Made by a program: the position numbers and the translations under genes | Shown: piece after piece, positions 63,736 to 64,000 of the stretch | Numbering within the stretch: the first letter of the stretch is position 1 | Layout of the letters: each line of letters starts with the position of its first letter | DNA from: Gammaproteobacteria bacterium | GTDB lineage: Bacteria; Pseudomonadota; Gammaproteobacteria; Ga0077536 | DNA length: 64,000 nucleotides | Assembly (NCBI GenBank): GCA_038116745.1 | Contig: JAYODW010000020.1 | Coordinates: forward strand, 444-64,443 | Direction of reading: 5' to 3' | Notes under the pieces: generated by a model | The model's database searches: none | What the model saw: the letters and a program-made list of their open reading frames with translations, nothing else | Told to the model about the DNA's origin: nothing

Positions 63736-64000
63736 ATGCCGACGGGTGCTCGCAGCGTGGCAGCACGTTTGAACTACCTCGCCCCGGAGGAAAGCACGCC
63801 GGCTTATTACCTGTATGAAACCCGTCCGGGTTACGTACCCCCGTCTCCACGCGTGGTAAAAGAGGCAGTCACCATCGAGAGTGCCCGTGGCCGCGAGCAC
63901 ACGCTCAGCCTCGAGCAGCAGGGGTTCTGTATCCTGCGAGACCCGCTGCCGGGACTCGATTTTTTCGACGACAGCATCGTCAGCGAGCATTACTACCCGC
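63736..64000 (+). CDS. Partial CDS (3' end outside window), possibly a CmcJ/NvfI-family oxidoreductase
   Basis: Frame 1 is open from the ATG at 63736 (or the in-frame GTG at 63721) to the window end: MPTGARSVAARLNYLAPEESTPAYYLYETRPGYVPPSPRVVKEAVTIESARGREHTLSLEQQGFCILRDPLPGLDFFDDSIVSEHYYP. The pattern LNY...P...V.I.DAR......L...GF........DF.D...I...YY resembles that family from memory. Confidence 0.45.
   Translation, partial: MPTGARSVAARLNYLAPEESTPAYYLYETRPGYVPPSPRVVKEAVTIESARGREHTLSLEQQGFCILRDPLPGLDFFDDSIVSEHYYP

Noticed and set aside
1-64000. Scan for mobile elements, CRISPR arrays, tRNA/rRNA, toxin-antitoxin pairs and known defence-system hallmarks (nucleases, helicases, methyltransferases, reverse transcriptases, cyclases with effectors)
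   Set aside because: I could not recognise any transposase, integrase or recombinase motifs, repeat-spacer arrays, or cloverleaf-like RNA genes in intergenic regions. The only nucleotide cyclase is a standard membrane GGDEF protein in a metabolic operon.

Overview
High-GC (about 60-65% by hand counts), almost fully coding chromosomal segment, most likely from a polar-flagellated Gammaproteobacterium; this placement is an inference from the sigma-54/sigma-28 flagellar promoter layout, flaG and the gene families present. I found no rRNA, tRNA, CRISPR, transposase, integrase or recognisable defence genes. The window is dominated by acyl-CoA and redox catabolism: 4 AMP-dependent ligases, 5 ACAD-fold proteins including gcdH, ETF alpha/beta plus ETF-QO, a ferredoxin-reductase-ferredoxin set, 4 SDRs, 3 luciferase-like (LLM) oxidoreductases, an enoyl-CoA hydratase, a CoA-transferase, a thioesterase and hydantoinase A/B. 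Small 'xenobiotic' folds are also present (VOC, SRPBCC, EthD, GFA, CMD, GST). A lower-GC flagellin module (fliC-flaG-fliD-fliS plus a fliT-like ORF, 38.4-42.8 kb) carries near-consensus sigma-28 and sigma-54 promoters and interrupts this metabolic context. The most interesting candidate is an eight-gene minus-strand operon (14495-22203). Its kinase, small protein, hydratase, ACAD and SDR follow the order of the levulinate/4-hydroxyacid lvaABCD phospho-elimination pathway. It is headed by a MetE-like Zn alkyltransferase and two tandem paralogous ~335-aa proteins that I cannot assign to any characterised family. Other leads: a nine-gene operon fusing ETF/ETF-QO with an orphan Fdx-FdR-Fdx chain, a NicX-like Fe(II) dioxygenase and an atypical ACAD-fold protein; a divergent hydantoinase/lactamase-like plus porin plus (R)-selective-amine-transaminase-like plus BCAT cluster; a LemA-M48 protease pair with a long C-terminal extension; and a frame-broken TonB-dependent receptor. 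All functional calls rest on motif and family recognition by eye. No database searches were run.
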